Positions 61,620 through 64,000 of a stretch of DNA of 64,000 bases are shown here, in pieces (the stretch's first letter is position 1; every line of letters starts with the position of its first letter). Source of the DNA: Hyphochytrium catenoides. Taxonomy: Eukaryota > Protista > Hyphochytriomycota. The notes under the pieces are model-generated. The model was given only the letters and a program-made list of their open reading frames with translations, was not told the DNA's origin and did no database searches. Made by a program: the position numbers and the translations under genes. The DNA lies in contig FLMG01000265.1 in assembly GCA_900088475.1 (NCBI GenBank), positions 1 through 64,000 on the forward strand. The letters are read 5' to 3'.

Positions 61620-63910
61620 TGGGTAGACCTCTTCTGCTTATCGCACTCCGTCAGTGGCCTTGAGGGACGCCACTGACGTAAAGCCAGAGGGATGACTGCG
61701 GTCGTAAGGTTCTGTACGTCTGAGCGCCGCAATAGTTTGAGGTAGAGCGAGACTGTGGCGTAATGTCCTGAGTATCAGTATGTCTGGGCGCCCCGCCACC
61801 TTACCTGTCTTACGTCTTGGTTCCACTCCACTTACAAAGCGTCTGCACTCCTGTCTGATGACTTTGATGGCAGGAGGATGTATCTTGAGGAGGCGACAAC
61901 ACGGTGATGTTCCTTCCTGCGGCACAGCCCCAACTAACCAACTGATTATTTACCAGCAAATATAGAGTGCTGGACATAGTAGGAAACCAAGCTGACGGTG
62001 ACCAGTAACGGCTCTCTGCCCGTCAAGGTGCCATCGCTTGAAGTCTCCAAACTTCATGTGATGAAGTGTTCTTCCGTCCAGGCTCCAAGGTGGCTGGAAG
62101 ATTGGATTGCGTCTCTAATAAAAGAAAGGAGACATATCCTGGAAAGTCGGTCACTGTGCGTGCCTCATTGGCTGCGCTGTCCTTATCGAGGAAAGGAGTA
62201 GTATCGGTAGCCACGACATCAACTACCCTTACTTCAGGGGAAGGCTCTACAGATTGGAAGCTCTATCTCCAAGGTGGAGACTGCCTGCGATACAGCCAGG
62301 TGCCATGCCCGGTGCGACAAAGTATTGGCTATACCTGATTACTCGTCCTGCACAACAGCCGCTTCCTGTTAGTAGTGTGCTCTCGGATAGCTAGGGCTTC
62401 CCTTTTCCTTCTTGTAGCATGGTGGTAGCTGATTCATTCCCTGCTCTTTTTTCTTTCCCATTTGCTTTGTTTACTAGCTTCGGCAGTCATTGCTGTCTAG
62501 ATGGGTGCTTCATGGCGGGAATGGCAATCCCATGTCGTCAACGGACTTGTAGGTGTAAACTCCACCTGCGTCTTCTCAGGTATATGAGAGATGCCAATGG
62601 TGAGGTCGTACAACCGCTTCATCAGCAACTCGTCTTTCCTGCTGAAGCAGTTCAGTCGTAAGTTATTGAATTCCTTTGGCTACCGTTCGATGTCCCTTCT
62701 GCAAGGCTGCATCAACGAGAGCTGTCGCCTAGACGGCTCTTCAAGGAGGTGGCACTCGAGTTACTTCAGCAGGTAGCGCGCTTACTTCGCATCACTGATG
62801 CTCGGCTCCTTTGTTCGCTCGGAATGGAAGCCACGCACTGGCTCAGCTTTGTCCTTACGGTAGCTCGAGGCGACCGTACTTCTAGTGACCCCATCCAGAT
62901 CGCCTTGAAAAAAGAGAAACTTATCCATAGCCCTTACCCATTGAATAGTGAATCAACGTCGTCAAATTCTAGAGTGCCGAGGCAGGCCTAATCCGTTGCG
63001 GAGCAATTGTCATCTCTGCCCCCTTCTGATTCCGAAGCGTCACTCTGGCAGCCCCCGTCGTCCGGATTGACAATTCCATGCGGTTTGGCAAGTGATCTCA
63101 TTTCACGAACTGTGTGGGGCAGCAAGCGGTGGGCGATCAGCATCATACTGAAAACCCTGCTGCTTCCGAGCTGCAGCTGGTGTGAAAAAATCCACCCAAC
63201 GTGCCTTAGTGGTTAGATTCTTGTTTCGTCATCTTCCATACCCTTCTTCTCGGTGGGCTTTCAACAAGACCAGCAGGGTCTTTGTAGTGGTCGGACCGGT
63301 GAAGATGCTGCCGCCATCTCTCTGAGTTTATCCGCGACAATAAGAGACTTGGGATCCTCAAGTTCGGCAGCATTCGCCTGAAGTTGATCCTGACGACCGC
63401 TCAGGATCCTAGTGAGTGTCTTACTCTGGCTTTCCAATTGTGCAGTCTGGTGGCCCAGAGCCGTCATTCGGGCAGCTCTGACCGGTGACTGTGTGTAAAG
63501 CAGGCGGCAGCGCGGATTAGAGCTGGGATGGGTTCGATTGATCAAGTCGGCACTATAGTAGAGACCGAGGACTAATAGTTATCGGCCCGACAAGCTTGCA
63601 ACAACAACGACGTCAAGGGACCCCAGAAAGGTGGTTTCACAATGGAAGCCAACAACAGGAGGACCCTTGAAGAGATCGCCAGGCTTCAGTATAGACAAGC
63701 ACCACGCACAAGCGCGGCAGAGAAAGACTTTGCGGAAGGAGCGCGCACAGCAAGTGGCAATATAACTTCCATCTTGACAGAGGAGGTTATTGAACATAAG
63801 AGTTGAGGAAAGAGTCCCCCTTGCGCGAGAGAGTGTCTACCTGGGAATGCAAAGAAGGAAATTGAAACATGCAGGAAAAATTGAAGGATCAAGCAAGAGG
63901 CTATCCTAAG
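61620..63910 (+). CDS. Probable unresolved multi-exon gene with short exons
   Basis: A series of + strand donor/acceptor pairs flanks open segments such as LHQRELSPRRLFKEVALELLQQ and RCCRHLSEFIRDNKRLGILKFGSIRLKLILT. No full model could be built. Confidence 0.3.
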
Positions 63911-64000
63911 ATCATGATGTACTGAGGAAGAAGAGAGCAGCAGAAGAAATAAAGAAGGGTAAGGAAAGAGGAACATCGTTCATCAGAGCCATTCGTTCAC

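Noticed and set aside
1-64000. CRISPR arrays, rRNA, intact tRNA, telomeric arrays, operons
   Set aside because: None seen; the window is eukaryotic with only microsatellites and short duplications.

Overview
Intron-rich, gene-dense eukaryotic nuclear DNA with short GT-AG introns carrying CTAAC-type branch points and four N gaps. Gene content (PSR1-type Myb, RWP-RK, stramenopile-type bZIP, piggyBac-family gene) suggests a stramenopile, probably a photosynthetic one (inference). About 17 protein genes were reconstructed by hand-splicing: an FAD-oxidoreductase/cyclopropane-synthase fusion, a SPOC-domain protein missed by the ORF track, a bZIP factor, a TVP15-like Golgi protein, a giant GRIP golgin, a secreted fibre protein bracketed by two peptidase-S74/ICA domains, a tandem RWP-RK factor, an ankyrin-U-box E3, a PSR1-like Myb, an organellar 5'-3' exonuclease, RPF1, an SPX-only protein, an intron-bearing piggyBac-derived gene, ALG13, an INO80E-like protein and several unknowns. 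The top novelty candidates are (1) the self-processing, phage-tail-fibre-like secreted protein and (2) a linked phosphate-sensing module: PSR1-like Myb, SPX protein with an NLS and EH1-like tail, and PSR-type promoter motifs. Exon boundaries were read by eye and no database searches were run.
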